A DNA stretch of 64,000 nt from Chloroflexota bacterium (GCA_964291655.2 OZ219802.1:800001-864000), one strand, 5' to 3'. Shown: positions 48,074 to 59,668, counted from the stretch's first letter. Numbers and translations: made by a program. Notes: generated by a model not told the origin, from the sequence alone.

Positions 48074-49813
48074 CTAGCCGTTTTCCCCATTACCAGCGCC
48101 AGCAACGCCGCGGCAAAATGCCGTCGCCTCCCGGTCAAGCTCGCCATCAGGCGTTACTACGACCCCGTAGACTTCGCGGGCGCGTTCATGCGATACCTTC
48201 TCGTTGCGCACGTCCTCCAGTACCAATTGGGGATCCCGCTCCAGCGGATCGCCCCAGCCGCCGGCCCCGGAAACCATGTGCCGGAACAGATCGTTTTCAT
48301 AGATCGTCTCGGTCGCCTTGCTCGTTAGTACGCGAGCCTCCGTATCCGGATTGAGGATGTTCTTTGAAGGCGCGCCGTCATGACCGCCGGCCAGCCCGTA
48401 GGCGTGGTTTTTATGTCGATCCGAACGCAATTGCAACGTGGCGCGCCGCTCGCGCAGGCGATAGTCGCGTACGAGCGCCAGGCCGCCGCGAAACTTACCG
48501 GCGCCTTCGGAGTCCGGCACGTAGCCGTAGCGCTCGATGCGCAAGGGCAATTCCGCCTCCACCACTTCTACGGGGTTATTCGAGAAGTTTACGACGATGC
48601 TTGCCATGGCGTCAGTGCCGTCGCTCCAGGGCTTGCCTCCCCACGAGCCAAAGAGGAACTCCAGGTAGACAAACGGATTGCCGTCGTCGTCATAGCCGCC
48701 GATGCTTACGCCGGTATCGCCGCCAACTTCACACGCCGGTATGCGCTCCGGCGCCAGCTTGGCCAGCGCGCCCATCACGGCGTTAGCGGTCCGGTAGCCG
48801 GTGAGGCCCCGCGCCGCCACCGGCGCGGGCATGCTGGGATTGATGACCGAGCTCTTCGGCGCAATTACCTCGATGGGACGGAAGTACCCCTCATTATTTG
48901 GGATCTCTTCTCCCATTAAGCTGCGGACACAAGCATAGACCGCCGAGCGCGTAAACGGTATCGGCGAGTTGATGCCGCCGCGGACCTGGGGCGACGTACC
49001 GGCAAAGTCCACCGTCATCGAGTCGCCATGCACCTTCACGGTGACGGCGATGGGGATCGGACCTGGATCGAAGCCGTCGTCATCAATGTAGTCGGTGAAC
49101 GCGTATTCGCCGTCCGGCATATCGGCAATGGCCTGGCGCGCCAGCCTTTCCGTGTAGTCGAGCAGCGCGGAAAACCGCGCCTGGAGATCGTCGTGTCCGT
49201 AGCGCGCAAAGAGCGTCTCCACACGCCGCTCTCCCACGTGACAGGCGGAGAGTTGGGCGCGAAGATCGCCGAGCACCAGCCGCGGCACGCGCACGTTTGC
49301 CCGCATCAACTCAAAGACTGCATCGTTCGGTTCGCCGGCGGCATAAAGTTTGAGCGGTGGAATGCGGATGCCTTCCTGGAAGATCTCGGTGGCGTCGCAG
49401 CCGTTGCCGCCTGCCACCATGCCGCCTACGTCCGCGTGGTGGGCGATGGAAACCAGGTAACAGGCAAGCACGCCATCCAGGAATACCGGCTTGAAAATAT
49501 AGATGTCCGGCAGGTGCGTACCTCCGGCATAGGGATCGTTGAGCATGTACACGTCGCCGGGCTGCACGTCATCGCCAAACGTCGCAAAGACGCTCTCAAT
49601 CGCATGGGGCACAGACCCAAGGTGCAGGGGAAGTGTTAAACCCTGGGCGATAAGCTCCCCGCTGGGCTGGCAGAGCGCGGTCGAAAAGTCCATGCTGTTC
49701 TTGAGATTATTCGAATACGCCGTGCGCAGTACTGTCATCGCCATCTCATCAACGAGCGATTCCAACGCGTTCTTGAGGATTTCCGTTTCTACCGGGTCGA
49801 ATTCTCGGCTCAC
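48074..49813 (-). CDS. Hydantoinase B/oxoprolinase family subunit
   Basis: LRTAYS, MDFSTAL, LHLGS, NDPYAGGTHLPD, HHADVGG, QEGIRIPP, GAGGWGDP. Confidence 0.93.
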   Translation of the reverse strand: MSREFDPVETEILKNALESLVDEMAMTVLRTAYSNNLKNSMDFSTALCQPSGELIAQGLTLPLHLGSVPHAIESVFATFGDDVQPGDVYMLNDPYAGGTHLPDIYIFKPVFLDGVLACYLVSIAHHADVGGMVAGGNGCDATEIFQEGIRIPPLKLYAAGEPNDAVFELMRANVRVPRLVLGDLRAQLSACHVGERRVETLFARYGHDDLQARFSALLDYTERLARQAIADMPDGEYAFTDYIDDDGFDPGPIPIAVTVKVHGDSMTVDFAGTSPQVRGGINSPIPFTRSAVYACVRSLMGEEIPNNEGYFRPIEVIAPKSSVINPSMPAPVAARGLTGYRTANAVMGALAKLAPERIPACEVGGDTGVSIGGYDDDGNPFVYLEFLFGSWGGKPWSDGTDAMASIVVNFSNNPVEVVEAELPLRIERYGYVPDSEGAGKFRGGLALVRDYRLRERRATLQLRSDRHKNHAYGLAGGHDGAPSKNILNPDTEARVLTSKATETIYENDLFRHMVSGAGGWGDPLERDPQLVLEDVRNEKVSHERAREVYGVVVTPDGELDREATAFCRGVAGAGNGENG

Positions 49814-51903
49814 GGCTGCTCCTCTCCTAAAGTAATCACCACGTTATCCCACGCATCTCGCTTTACGGTGCAGTGGGGTGGCACCAGCACGGTGGTGTCG
49901 TATTCCTCGATGATCAAAGGTCCCGGTTGATCCTCTGTGCCAATATCCTCGCGTGCGAGCAACGGCACAGTCCGCATGCCAATTGCAGCGCCAAAGTATG
50001 CTGAACGCTCTTTGGGGCCGTCGAGAGATCTCTTTCCGGTCGATGACCCTCCCCACTGGTGCGCTCCCTCGCGCGGCAGCGTTGCTTCTACCCGTAAATT
50101 GACAAGCTCCACGGGATCATCCGGGGCCTTGTGCCCGTATGTGCGCTCGTGTTCACGCTCAAACGCCTCCCGCATCAGCGCTGGAATTGACTCCTGCAGT
50201 GGGATGGTGAGTTCGAATGACTGGCCCGCATACCGTAGGTCCGCGAAGCGTTGCCACTCGCCATCTTGCCGCGCACCGCTGCCCTCACCAAGCTCGGCGG
50301 CCAATCGAGACTCAAGCGCGAGATATTGCCGGTCGATCTCGTCCTGGCTCACCGCATCAAGCGGCAGCAGCACGGTCTGCACGGCGTGCTGGGAAACATC
50401 AACGCACAAGAGGCCTAATGAGCTAAATAGTCCCGGAAACGGCGGCACTACAACCTGCTGTACTCCGAGCTCCCGTGCCATTTCAACGGCATGTAGCGGG
50501 CCGCTGCCGCCAAAGGCAAACAGTATGAAGTCAGCGGGAGAGCGTCCGCGTTCTACGGTCACCGCACGTACGGCACGGCTCATGTGAGAGACCGCAATAC
50601 GGTGGATGCCATGCGCCGAATCTTCCACACTCAGGCCCAGTGGCTCCGCCAGCCGCTTCTCGAGTACAGAGCGTGCGCGGGATGCATCAATCGGCAGTTC
50701 GCCACCCAGAAAGTGCGTAGGGTTTAAGAAACCAAGCGCAACATTGGCGTCCGTGAGTGTTGGTTCTTCTCCGCCAAGGGAGTAACACACGGGGCCTGGT
50801 TCGGCGCCCGCGCTGTGCGGGCCGACGCGGAGCCCGCCGGCCGGGTCTATCCACGCGATACTGCCGCCGCCGGCGCCGACTTCCGCAATGTCTATGGCCG
50901 GCACCCGCAGTGCATAGCCCGCACCGCGTTGCAGGCGCGCGCTCAGGCTAATGCCGCCGCCGACCTCGTAGTCGTTCGTGCGAGTGATACGTCCGTCCTC
51001 AATCACTGAGGCCTTGGCCGTCGTGCCGCCCATGTCGAGGGTGATTGCGTTGGCGGCACCCATTGCGTTCGCGAGCGAGAGCGCGCCCATCACTCCGGCA
51101 GCGGGACCGGACTCGATCACGTGAATTGGCTGCTCCGCAGCCTTGGCGGCGCCCATCATGCCCCCCGCGGACTGCATCATGTAAACCGGCGCAGTGATGC
51201 GCCGTTCATCGAGAGACTCATGGAGGCGATTGAGATACGAGCGCATGACGGGAGCAATGTACGCGTTGATTACCGTCGTGCTGGTCCGCTCATACTCGCG
51301 AATTTCCGGGAGGACATGCGACGAAAGAGAAACGAACACGTCGGGAGCCGCAGCGTGGAGCAGCGCGCCGATGCGTTCTTCGTGTGCCGGATTGCGGTAG
51401 GCATTGATGAGGCACACCGCAATCGAACGCACACCAGCCTTCAGCAAGTGTGCTATCGCGGCGTGGACACTATCTTCGTCGAGTTCTTGCACCACGTTGC
51501 CCAGCGTGTCCAAGCGCTCGATGACTTCCCGGCGCAGCGCGCGCGGTACCAGCGGCTGCGGCGGTTCCCAGTGCAGGTCGTAGAGACGGGGCATGCGCAA
51601 GCGCCGGATCTCCAGCACGTCGCGAAAGCCCGCAGTGGTAATGAGACCTGTGAGCGCGCCTTTGCCCTCCAGAATGGCATTGGTTGCCACCGTCGTAGCG
51701 TGGATGACCTCGGCAATGTCGGCGCTCTCGGCATTCGTATCGTGAATGAGCGAATCAAGTCCCCGGACTATGCCTTGCGCAAAGTCGTCGGCGGTGGATG
51801 ATACCTTAGTCCATGCCCGCAGCCCCTGCGAGTCCATGAAGACAAGGTCGGTGAAGGTACCCCCAATGTCTACACCGACACGCAAAGATGAGTCCACAAG
51901 CAT
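49810..51903 (-). CDS. Hydantoinase A/oxoprolinase family subunit
   Basis: [51 protein letters not shown]. Confidence 0.94.
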   Translation of the reverse strand: MLVDSSLRVGVDIGGTFTDLVFMDSQGLRAWTKVSSTADDFAQGIVRGLDSLIHDTNAESADIAEVIHATTVATNAILEGKGALTGLITTAGFRDVLEIRRLRMPRLYDLHWEPPQPLVPRALRREVIERLDTLGNVVQELDEDSVHAAIAHLLKAGVRSIAVCLINAYRNPAHEERIGALLHAAAPDVFVSLSSHVLPEIREYERTSTTVINAYIAPVMRSYLNRLHESLDERRITAPVYMMQSAGGMMGAAKAAEQPIHVIESGPAAGVMGALSLANAMGAANAITLDMGGTTAKASVIEDGRITRTNDYEVGGGISLSARLQRGAGYALRVPAIDIAEVGAGGGSIAWIDPAGGLRVGPHSAGAEPGPVCYSLGGEEPTLTDANVALGFLNPTHFLGGELPIDASRARSVLEKRLAEPLGLSVEDSAHGIHRIAVSHMSRAVRAVTVERGRSPADFILFAFGGSGPLHAVEMARELGVQQVVVPPFPGLFSSLGLLCVDVSQHAVQTVLLPLDAVSQDEIDRQYLALESRLAAELGEGSGARQDGEWQRFADLRYAGQSFELTIPLQESIPALMREAFEREHERTYGHKAPDDPVELVNLRVEATLPREGAHQWGGSSTGKRSLDGPKERSAYFGAAIGMRTVPLLAREDIGTEDQPGPLIIEEYDTTVLVPPHCTVKRDAWDNVVITLGEEQP

Positions 51904-51906
51904 CGC

Positions 51907-52650
51907 CTAGATGGTCACAGGCACAGGCTGCGCCGCGGGGGAAAGCTCGAAAAGCTTGCCGTAGCCGGGTATCGCCGCAGTATGGCCCAACGCACGCAGG
52001 CACTGCCAGTACGTCGCCTGGTTGCTCGTTACAACCGGAATGCCCAGGTCTTCTTCAAGGGCCTGGATGACGTCCATGGTACGGAGATTGGTACAACTAA
52101 TGAAAAGCGCGTCGGCACTCTCTGCCACGTGATCGCGGGCAAAGCGGTAGGTTTCCTCCAGGGGAACAACGCCGATGTCGAACGCCGTCAGAATGCTCAT
52201 GCCGGACTGGCTGACCACGTCGAAGCCCCAATCCTGCAGGAACTTGACCTCAAGGTCATTCAATTCAGGAATGTACGGAGTGACCATGGCAACGCGCTGT
52301 GCGTCTAGAGCGCGCAGGGCCCCCGCGACCGCGCCGGCAGTAGTCACTGCCTCGATATTGCTGCCGCCCCGCAACCGTTCGCGCAATGCCTCTTCACCGT
52401 CAGCGCCCTCGAAGAAACTGCCTGCGGTGCAGGCAAACGCGATTGCGTCGACGTTCGCGCTGAGCAACTCATCAACGCCGCGATCGACGTGCGCGCACAT
52501 CTGCGCCATGTCGTCCGCATCCGAGCGGGAATTGCGCATGCGAGTGGCATAAACGGCAAAGCCGTCAGGCAGCAATGCGCAACCTTCCGGCTCCACCACC
52601 GTGTTTACCGACGGTACAAGCAGACCGATGCGTCCACGCCATCCAAACAT
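51907..52650 (-). CDS. Maleate cis-trans isomerase / arylmalonate decarboxylase (Asp/Glu racemase superfamily)
   Basis: RIGLLVPSVN, FACTAGS, VTPY, ISCTNL, VTSNQA (both catalytic Cys). Confidence 0.88.
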   Translation of the reverse strand: MFGWRGRIGLLVPSVNTVVEPEGCALLPDGFAVYATRMRNSRSDADDMAQMCAHVDRGVDELLSANVDAIAFACTAGSFFEGADGEEALRERLRGGSNIEAVTTAGAVAGALRALDAQRVAMVTPYIPELNDLEVKFLQDWGFDVVSQSGMSILTAFDIGVVPLEETYRFARDHVAESADALFISCTNLRTMDVIQALEEDLGIPVVTSNQATYWQCLRALGHTAAIPGYGKLFELSPAAQPVPVTI

Positions 52651-53122
52651 GCCAACTCCTCCATTCAATTGGTTCTTTGACGCCTTCAAAGGCTAAGAAC
52701 TCGCGTTAGACTCAGTTCATTGAAGCAAGAAAAAGCGTGTGCACGACATGCCACTCACCAGGAATGCTGTTTGAGCATCATCTACCGCACTCCGCCTGTC
52801 TTTCGCTCTCCCTGAGCGCATTTGCTACACCGATGATAGCGCAGCAAACTTGCCAAAACAACCTGTGTTGCTAAGCTTCGGTTGTCGCTAGCTTTCATGC
52901 ACCATACAATACGTAACGGATGCCAGGCTGTGGACGCGTGCTAACAGGCCACGCAGACGCGTAAGAGTACGGCCGCACTCTCCTGGCACCCATGCTGCTT
53001 TGGGCGAATCTTCTCCTTCTCCTTGGGGAGAGGGCCGGAGTGAGGGGGACGTTTACTGAGTCCCGGCCAAACTCCTCCAGCCAAACTCACTTTTGCAAGG
53101 GAAACTAAAGGATAGAATCCGG

Positions 53123-54187
53123 ATGCAGATTGGCATAGTTGGGTTGCCGTTCTCCGGCAAGACCACAGTTTTCACTGCCCTTGCCGGCGATGCGTCGGAA
53201 CAGAGCCACCAGTCCCACGGCTTGGAACCAACCCTCGCCACCGTGCGCCTGCCCGATGCCCGCCTCGAGGCGCTCTGTACCCTGTTCGCAACTGAACTGT
53301 GCATCCCCACTGAGGTGCAGTACCTGGATTTTCCCGGCGCCGGATTCGGCAGGCAAGAAAAGGATGCCGCCTGGGTAGGCACGCTCCGCACCGTAGATGC
53401 CCTGCTCATTGTCATTGGCGCCTTCAGCGGCACCCAAGACCCCAGCGACGAACTTGAGAGCATTCATCTCGATCTCGTCTTGCCTGACCTGCAAATCGTG
53501 GAAAGCCGACTGGAGCGGCTCGCGTTGCAATGGCGCACGGCCCCCGCAGCCGAACGCCTCCAACTTGAGCGCGAACAGAGTCTCTTGGAACGCATACAAA
53601 GCGCGCTGGAGCAGGGCGTGCCGGTACGGGCACTGGAACTCTCCGCTGACGAAATACAAGCTATCCGAGGGTACCAGCTCCTCACCATGAAGCCCACTCT
53701 CGTCGTCCTCAATCTCTCTGAGGAACAGATGGCGCAGGCTGAAGAATTGGCCACGAACGTACGCGCCACTTACGCCCACGCGCAGACGACAGTGTTAGGC
53801 CTCTGCGCGCAACTGGAAATGGAAATCGCGCAACTGCCGCCGGCAGAGGCCGAGCTTTTTCGCGAGGACTTAGACCTCGCAGAAGCGGGCGCGGCACGGG
53901 TCGTGCGCGAGTCGCATGCGCTCTTGGGCCTGATCCATTTCTTCACCATGAACGAACAAGAGGTGCGCGCGTGGGCGATTCCGCAAGGCACTAGAGCGCA
54001 AGACGCCGCCGGCAAGATCCACACCGACATGGCGCGGGGTTTCGTCCGAGCGGAAGTGATTCCCTGGGACCAGTTGGTCGAGAACAACGGGTACGGCGAT
54101 GCGCGCAAGCACGGGCTCGTGCGCCAGGAAGGCCGGGATTACGTCGTTCAAGACGGCGACGTGCTCTATATACTCTTCACGCGGTAA
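53123..54187 (+). CDS. ychF: YchF/Obg-like P-loop ATPase (divergent)
   Basis: GIVGLPFSGKTT, VRLPDARL, FFT...EVRAW, AGKIHTDMARGFVRAEV, EGRDYVVQDGD. Confidence 0.85.
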   Translation: MQIGIVGLPFSGKTTVFTALAGDASEQSHQSHGLEPTLATVRLPDARLEALCTLFATELCIPTEVQYLDFPGAGFGRQEKDAAWVGTLRTVDALLIVIGAFSGTQDPSDELESIHLDLVLPDLQIVESRLERLALQWRTAPAAERLQLEREQSLLERIQSALEQGVPVRALELSADEIQAIRGYQLLTMKPTLVVLNLSEEQMAQAEELATNVRATYAHAQTTVLGLCAQLEMEIAQLPPAEAELFREDLDLAEAGAARVVRESHALLGLIHFFTMNEQEVRAWAIPQGTRAQDAAGKIHTDMARGFVRAEVIPWDQLVENNGYGDARKHGLVRQEGRDYVVQDGDVLYILFTR

Positions 54188-54418
54188 GGTGGCTAAAACC
54201 TGACCGTTCGCGCTGAGCTTTGCCTGTCCTGAGCTTGCCGAAGGATCACAGCGTGGCTGAACACTTGGCCGTTCGCGCTGAGCTTGTCGAAGCGTGGACC
54301 TCATTCCAAACGCGCAAGTAAGACACTTGGATTGGCAAGTCGTTGTAGATGCTGGCCAGTGTTTATATAATCATCTTGAGTTCTCTTCCTTCTCTTAGCA
54401 TCTGGAGGCAATCCGCTC

Positions 54419-55582
54419 GTGGCACCCCCAAGCTCCGCGCAGGCAGTAGCCAACCGAATATTGGAATTGACCCCATCCCCTACCATGGCCATGGATGCCA
54501 AGGCCAAAGCCATGGTGCGGTCTGGCATTGATGTCATCAATCTCTCTGTGGGCGAACCGGATTTTGATACGCCGGAACACATCAAAGCGGCTGCCATAGC
54601 CGCGATCCAGGATGGATTCAACAAATACACCCCGGCCGGCGGCATCCCTGAACTCAAAGAGGCCATTGCCGAGAAGCTCTCCCGGGAAAACGGTGTTGAC
54701 TATAGCCCAAGTGAGGTGGTTGCCTGCGTCGGCGGCAAGCAGGCCGTGTGCAACGTCTTTCTCGCGATCTGCGATCCCGGCGATGAGGTTATCGTGCACG
54801 CGCCGACCTGGCCGACCTTCCTCGAGCAAGTCAAACTGGCGCAAGGTGAGCCGGTCACCGTGCCGCTTCATTCGCCCTTCTCGATTACGGCGGACCCACT
54901 GCTCGAGCGCATCACCCCCAAGACCCGGGCCATTCTCCTCAACTCGCCGTGCAACCCCACCGGCGAGGTAGCTGATCCTGCGGAGATCCGCAAACTGGCC
55001 GAAGCATGCGTGGAACGGGGCATCTACTTCATCGCGGACGAGACCTACGAGCACTTTCTCTACGGCGATACTGAGCACCTGTCGCCCGCCTCAATGGGAC
55101 CGGACGAGAAAGCCCACGTAATCACCGTAAATACCGTATCGAAGACGTACGCCATGACCGGCTGGCGCTTGGGCTACGTGGCCGGGCCGGAACCGGTGGT
55201 CAAGGCGATCAACGACCTGATGACACAGATCACGAGTAATCCGACGGCTGCCGCCCAAAAGGCCGCCATTGCCGCCCTCACCGGACCGCAAGACTGCGTG
55301 CGGGAGATGGTCGCTGAGTTTAGCGCCCGTCGCACATTGCTTGTAGAAGGGCTGCGCTCAATTGGCTATACCTGCTCGCTGCCGGGCGGCGCATTCTACG
55401 CTTTCCCGCAAGTCAGAGGGGATGAAGAAGACATGGCGGTTGCCGACCGCCTCTTGGAAGAAGCCCACGTCGCCACCGTGCCGGGGTCGTCGTTCCTCGC
55501 CGACGGCCACCTGCGCATGTCGTACGCCACCAGCCGCGAGAAGCTGCAGGAAGCCCTCGAACGGCTGCGAAAGCTAATGTAA
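54419..55582 (+). CDS. Class I/II PLP aminotransferase (aspartate aminotransferase-like)
   Basis: GEPDF, YTPAGGIPELK, NSPCNPTG, DETY, SKTYAMTGWRLGY. Confidence 0.93.
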   Translation: MAPPSSAQAVANRILELTPSPTMAMDAKAKAMVRSGIDVINLSVGEPDFDTPEHIKAAAIAAIQDGFNKYTPAGGIPELKEAIAEKLSRENGVDYSPSEVVACVGGKQAVCNVFLAICDPGDEVIVHAPTWPTFLEQVKLAQGEPVTVPLHSPFSITADPLLERITPKTRAILLNSPCNPTGEVADPAEIRKLAEACVERGIYFIADETYEHFLYGDTEHLSPASMGPDEKAHVITVNTVSKTYAMTGWRLGYVAGPEPVVKAINDLMTQITSNPTAAAQKAAIAALTGPQDCVREMVAEFSARRTLLVEGLRSIGYTCSLPGGAFYAFPQVRGDEEDMAVADRLLEEAHVATVPGSSFLADGHLRMSYATSREKLQEALERLRKLM

Positions 55583-55599
55583 GCGAATGGCATAGCGAG

Positions 55600-55855
55600 C
55601 AATGCTCCTGCGTCCCAAGGATTGCGGTCGGTCGCTTGGACAGCTTCAAGATCAGGTGCTCCCGTGCTGATGGCGGCTTATCGGCCGAATAGCGCACGAG
55701 CAAATGGAAGAGCTTCCAGGCGGATGTTGGCTCGGGAGACGAGACTGCGGACGTCGGTCATGTGGCCGTGAGGGAGCTGCCCACCTTGGAGGAGGACGCT
55801 AGTCAACCATTCAGGAGTGGTCTGCTCCGGGATGGTGAGTAGTTGGGAGATCGTA
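55600..55855 (-). pseudogene. Possible frameshifted N-terminal remnant of an APH/choline-kinase-like phosphotransferase
   Basis: Fragments 'IPEQTTPEWLTSVLLQGGQLPHGHMTDV' and, in another frame, 'HLLVRYSADKPPSAREHLILKLSK' resemble such N-termini; recalled similarity only. Confidence 0.35.
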
Positions 55856-56427
55856 GCTGTTTCCCCCCGGAAGGTCGTCGTAGCGCCTCAGTACATGAGG
55901 TGCCGCCCCACCTGGTGGCTCTCAGCGGAGCATTCGTCCTGGGGGCCGAGTTGCCACAGAGCGCACAGCGAGGGGGCTGTCAGCATCAGGGGGATGCAGG
56001 ATGGGAGGATGAGCAGTATAGTGGAGATACCATCACGGCGGCGGAAGCCAAAGTCCAGGGGGCCGGGGCACGCTTCACCACACCCCGACACAAAAACCTA
56101 CCTCGCCATTCCCGCGCACGCAGGAATCCAGCGCCGTAGGGGTGTCTCTTGTGGGCGCCCTGGCTGCGGCCGGGGTCTGGGTCAATCACCTGGGTTGCCC
56201 CTGCAGCGGCGACACCTATCCGATGGAGGTGGCCGGGGAAGAGCACCGCTAGGCGAGAATGCACGTAGCACTTCAATTGACAGCAGCAAGGATGGTGCGT
56301 ACATTTTATGCCGCCCCGGAATGAGGTGTTTGCCTAGACATAGGGACATGTTTTCCGAGGAATGGGAGCAAGCCTTGATAGTAGGAGAGGAGCTCTGTCA
56401 TCTGCTTGCTGTGGCGCAGAAACCCGT

Positions 56428-57360
56428 ATGACTGATCCGGCAATCATTCGTGCCGCTTTGACTGCATATGGCCTTGATGGCGCCTCAATCGAGTTGCTGC
56501 AAGACTTCGTCAATGCGTCCTTTCGCGTCGCGGTTGGTGACCAGGCTTACTCTCTGCGCGTCTACGCACCGGATCGCCGTGAGCTCCCGGAAGTGGAGTC
56601 GGAAATGCGTTGGCTGGCAGCGGTTGCCGCGGACAGCGTGATTCCATGCCCCCGACCACTGCGTCTGGCGGATGGTCACTACGCTTGGGAAGCTCCCGGC
56701 GTATGCTTCGTGACCGTGGCCTCCTGGGTTGAAGGCGGCCTGATCCCCAATGCCGAACGGACACCGGCACACTTCGGGCTTGTCGGAGCAATGCTTGCAA
56801 AGCTCCACCTCTTCTCCGAGCGGTGGCAGGCGCCGGTCGGATTCACGCGACCACGCTGTGACGCCGACGGTATCTTCGCCGGGGATCGTCAGGAGCTCGA
56901 TGCCACGCTGAGGTGTGATCTGGCGCGAGCCCAGCAAGAACTGCGGCAGGCGGAGGATGCAATCGGCCGAGACGCCGCAGCTTACGGCCTCGTTCACGGC
57001 GATCCGAGCTTCAGCAACATCCTGTTCGACGTCGACCGGCCGGCCCTCATTGACTTTGACGACTGCGGTTTCGGACACTACGCCTTCGACCTCGCGGTGG
57101 TGCTGGCAGGGGCGTGGGGCAAGCCGAGGTACGCTGTAAATCGAGTCGCGCTTCTCGACGGTTACCAGGAGATCCGCAGACTATCGGAAGTGGAGCGCGC
57201 GGCTCTCCCCGCTCTGATGGCCGCGCGTGCAGCGTCCCTCATCTTCTGGGCCGCCGCCCAGTCAACACCTGAACACAACTGGATATCCGCCCAGTGGGAG
57301 CGGCTACGGGAGTACTTGGAAGGCGCGGCTCCAATGCCGCTCAATCCCCATCAGGAGTAG
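56428..57360 (+). CDS. APH-family phosphotransferase (homoserine kinase type II-like)
   Basis: LRVY, SEMRWL, LAKLH, GLVHGDPSFSNIL, IDFDDCGFG. Confidence 0.9.
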   Translation: MTDPAIIRAALTAYGLDGASIELLQDFVNASFRVAVGDQAYSLRVYAPDRRELPEVESEMRWLAAVAADSVIPCPRPLRLADGHYAWEAPGVCFVTVASWVEGGLIPNAERTPAHFGLVGAMLAKLHLFSERWQAPVGFTRPRCDADGIFAGDRQELDATLRCDLARAQQELRQAEDAIGRDAAAYGLVHGDPSFSNILFDVDRPALIDFDDCGFGHYAFDLAVVLAGAWGKPRYAVNRVALLDGYQEIRRLSEVERAALPALMAARAASLIFWAAAQSTPEHNWISAQWERLREYLEGAAPMPLNPHQE

Positions 57361-57454
57361 CGCGGGGGCTTGTCCCCCACCTCCTGGCATGAGAGGCTAT
57401 GTCCGAAACCGCCTGTTTCTTTAAGCATAAACACGCTGGAAGTGGAGGCAAACC

Positions 57455-58594
57455 ATGAAGATCAGCGACGTCCAAACCCATATTGTAAGTGGCGGCACGC
57501 GCAACTACACATTCGTCACCGTCACCGAGGAGAACGGCCTCTACGGCATTGGCGAGTCCGGCTGCTCCGGCAAGGACAAGGCCGTGGCGGCGGCCGTGGA
57601 GCACTACCGGCCGCTGCTCATCGGCCAGGACCCCGCGCGCATCGAGCACATCTGGCAGGACCACTTTCGCGGCAACTTCTGGCGGGCGGGCCCGGTGCTC
57701 ACAGCGGCCATTTCGGCCCTCGACATCGCCCTCTGGGACTTGCTTGGCAAGGCCCTCGAGGTGCCAACCTACCAACTGCTCGGCGGCAAGACCCGCGACA
57801 AAGTGCGTTGTTACGCCCATTTTGGCGGCGGGACCGACAGCCCGGAGTCTTTTGCGCAGTCCGCGCAAGCGCGCGTGGATGAAGGCTTCGAAGTGGTGCG
57901 GTTCGGCCTGCCGACCGATCCGGGCGACATTCTGGAACCGGCGCGGGCAGTGTGCAATGCGGTGGAAGCCTTCCAAGCCGTGCGTGAGACCGTGGGGCAT
58001 GAGATTGAAATCGCCCTCGACGTGCATACGCGCCTCAACCCGACGTGGGCAATCCAGTTATGTAAACGACTTGAGCCGCTCCGTCCCTTCTTCATCGAAG
58101 ACCCCATTCGCTCGGAGAACCCGCAATCATTCGCTAATTTGCGCCACCACACCAGCGTGCCCATCGCCACCGGCGAGCAGCTTATCACCAAGTGGCAGTT
58201 CCGCGAGCTCATCGAGAACGAACTGATCGACTACATGCGCGCCGACCTCGGTCTTGTCGGTGGAATCACTGAAGGCAAGAAGATCGCCGCTATGAGCGAG
58301 GTGCACTACATCGACTCGGCTCTGCACAATCCGCTGGGCCCTGTGAACACCGCCGCCAGCGTGCAGCTTGATATGTGCATTCCCAACTTCGGCATTCAGG
58401 AACTTTCCATGGTTCCACCGGCCATGACCGACATCTTCCCCACCCAGTGCCGTGTGGAGGCCGGACACCTCTATCCCGCCGACGTGCCTGGGATTGGCAT
58501 CGAGTTCAACGCCGAGGCAGCAAAACAGTACCCGTATCAGTACTGGGAACACGCCCGGCTACACCGGGACGACGGTTCACTCACAGACTGGTAA
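57455..58594 (+). CDS. Mandelate racemase/MLE family acid-sugar dehydratase (galactonate dehydratase-like)
   Basis: GIGE, AISALDIALWDL.GK, LLGG, LDVH, FIEDP, ATGEQ, HNPLGP. Confidence 0.9.
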   Translation: MKISDVQTHIVSGGTRNYTFVTVTEENGLYGIGESGCSGKDKAVAAAVEHYRPLLIGQDPARIEHIWQDHFRGNFWRAGPVLTAAISALDIALWDLLGKALEVPTYQLLGGKTRDKVRCYAHFGGGTDSPESFAQSAQARVDEGFEVVRFGLPTDPGDILEPARAVCNAVEAFQAVRETVGHEIEIALDVHTRLNPTWAIQLCKRLEPLRPFFIEDPIRSENPQSFANLRHHTSVPIATGEQLITKWQFRELIENELIDYMRADLGLVGGITEGKKIAAMSEVHYIDSALHNPLGPVNTAASVQLDMCIPNFGIQELSMVPPAMTDIFPTQCRVEAGHLYPADVPGIGIEFNAEAAKQYPYQYWEHARLHRDDGSLTDW

Positions 58595-58648
58595 AGCAAG
58601 GGAGCGAACGTACGCAGCCTATCTCGGAAGAACAGCCGATAAGGACCG

Positions 58649-59668
58649 CTATCCGTTGGCTACTACGATTTCAGCGCCTGCACGTACATGGCACGTGAAG
58701 CGCACACGCCCTTCACCGGCCGCAGTGACATTTGCAATGCCATCCGGCCCTTGAATGTGCACGGGTCCAGGATCTTCAGCAAAGGAGACGAGAAACGTCA
58801 GCTCACCCTTCTCAATCTGCAGCGGCAGTTGCGGGAAATCCAGCGTGATGGTGGCATGGGTATCCGAATCCTGCGTGACCGCTGGCGCGCAGTGGCGCCG
58901 CAGGTAGGCATAGCGCACGACGTCGTCCGGATTCGCGGCCCACATGTTGGCGCCAAAATGCGTCCGCATTTGGTCGAAACGCCCCTCCAGCGCGTAGGGC
59001 GAGATGCACTTGTGTCCCTGCGGCGTCTTGTACATGACCAGGTGCGTGACATCCACCAGCCACTTGCCCTGCACGCGCTCCGGTTCGAACCCGCCGCGCG
59101 AGAGCCACGGAGGCAGGTATGCTATGGCGTCGTCCTCGCACAGGCGGTTGCGCCAGATGCTGAACGGATCGAAGTCCGGCTGGTTTACATGTTCCGCGTC
59201 GTTGGAGGCGCGTGTCAGACCGAGATAGCCCGGCACGCGTTGCACCCACGCCCGCACCGTGTCGTAGACCTCGAAGCTATTCCACGATGAGAAGATCGGC
59301 GCCGGCTGTCCCAGCGCCTGTTCCAGGATGCGGTAGGACTCCACGATCTCCTGTGCAAAATCGATGCTGTCCGGTTCGCGCAACGGCGGATGGCAATAGC
59401 TGTGGTTGCTGATGCTCCAACCCTGCGACAGAAGAAACTTGAGGTGGTCCGGCCCCATGTGGAAAAAGTCGTTGAGGGAACTGCGCTCGACGTGGCGCTT
59501 TTCTCCCAGTTGCCCGGCCACCACCGCCACGTCGCCGGGAATGTCGTACTGCTGCGCGAGGGGAAACGCGTTGGCCAAACAGTCGATGGTGCCCTCGTCA
59601 AAGACCACCGAGTAGACGAAGCTGGCGTCGTCTTTCCAGGGGGCCACCTCTACGGACGAAATCCTCAT
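58649..59668 (-). CDS. Polysaccharide deacetylase (NodB)-like protein with C-terminal beta domain
   Basis: SVVFDEG (cf. TFDDG), GWSISNHSYCHP; start ATG 59668 behind AGGAG. Confidence 0.7.
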   Translation of the reverse strand: MRISSVEVAPWKDDASFVYSVVFDEGTIDCLANAFPLAQQYDIPGDVAVVAGQLGEKRHVERSSLNDFFHMGPDHLKFLLSQGWSISNHSYCHPPLREPDSIDFAQEIVESYRILEQALGQPAPIFSSWNSFEVYDTVRAWVQRVPGYLGLTRASNDAEHVNQPDFDPFSIWRNRLCEDDAIAYLPPWLSRGGFEPERVQGKWLVDVTHLVMYKTPQGHKCISPYALEGRFDQMRTHFGANMWAANPDDVVRYAYLRRHCAPAVTQDSDTHATITLDFPQLPLQIEKGELTFLVSFAEDPGPVHIQGPDGIANVTAAGEGRVRFTCHVRAGAEIVVANG

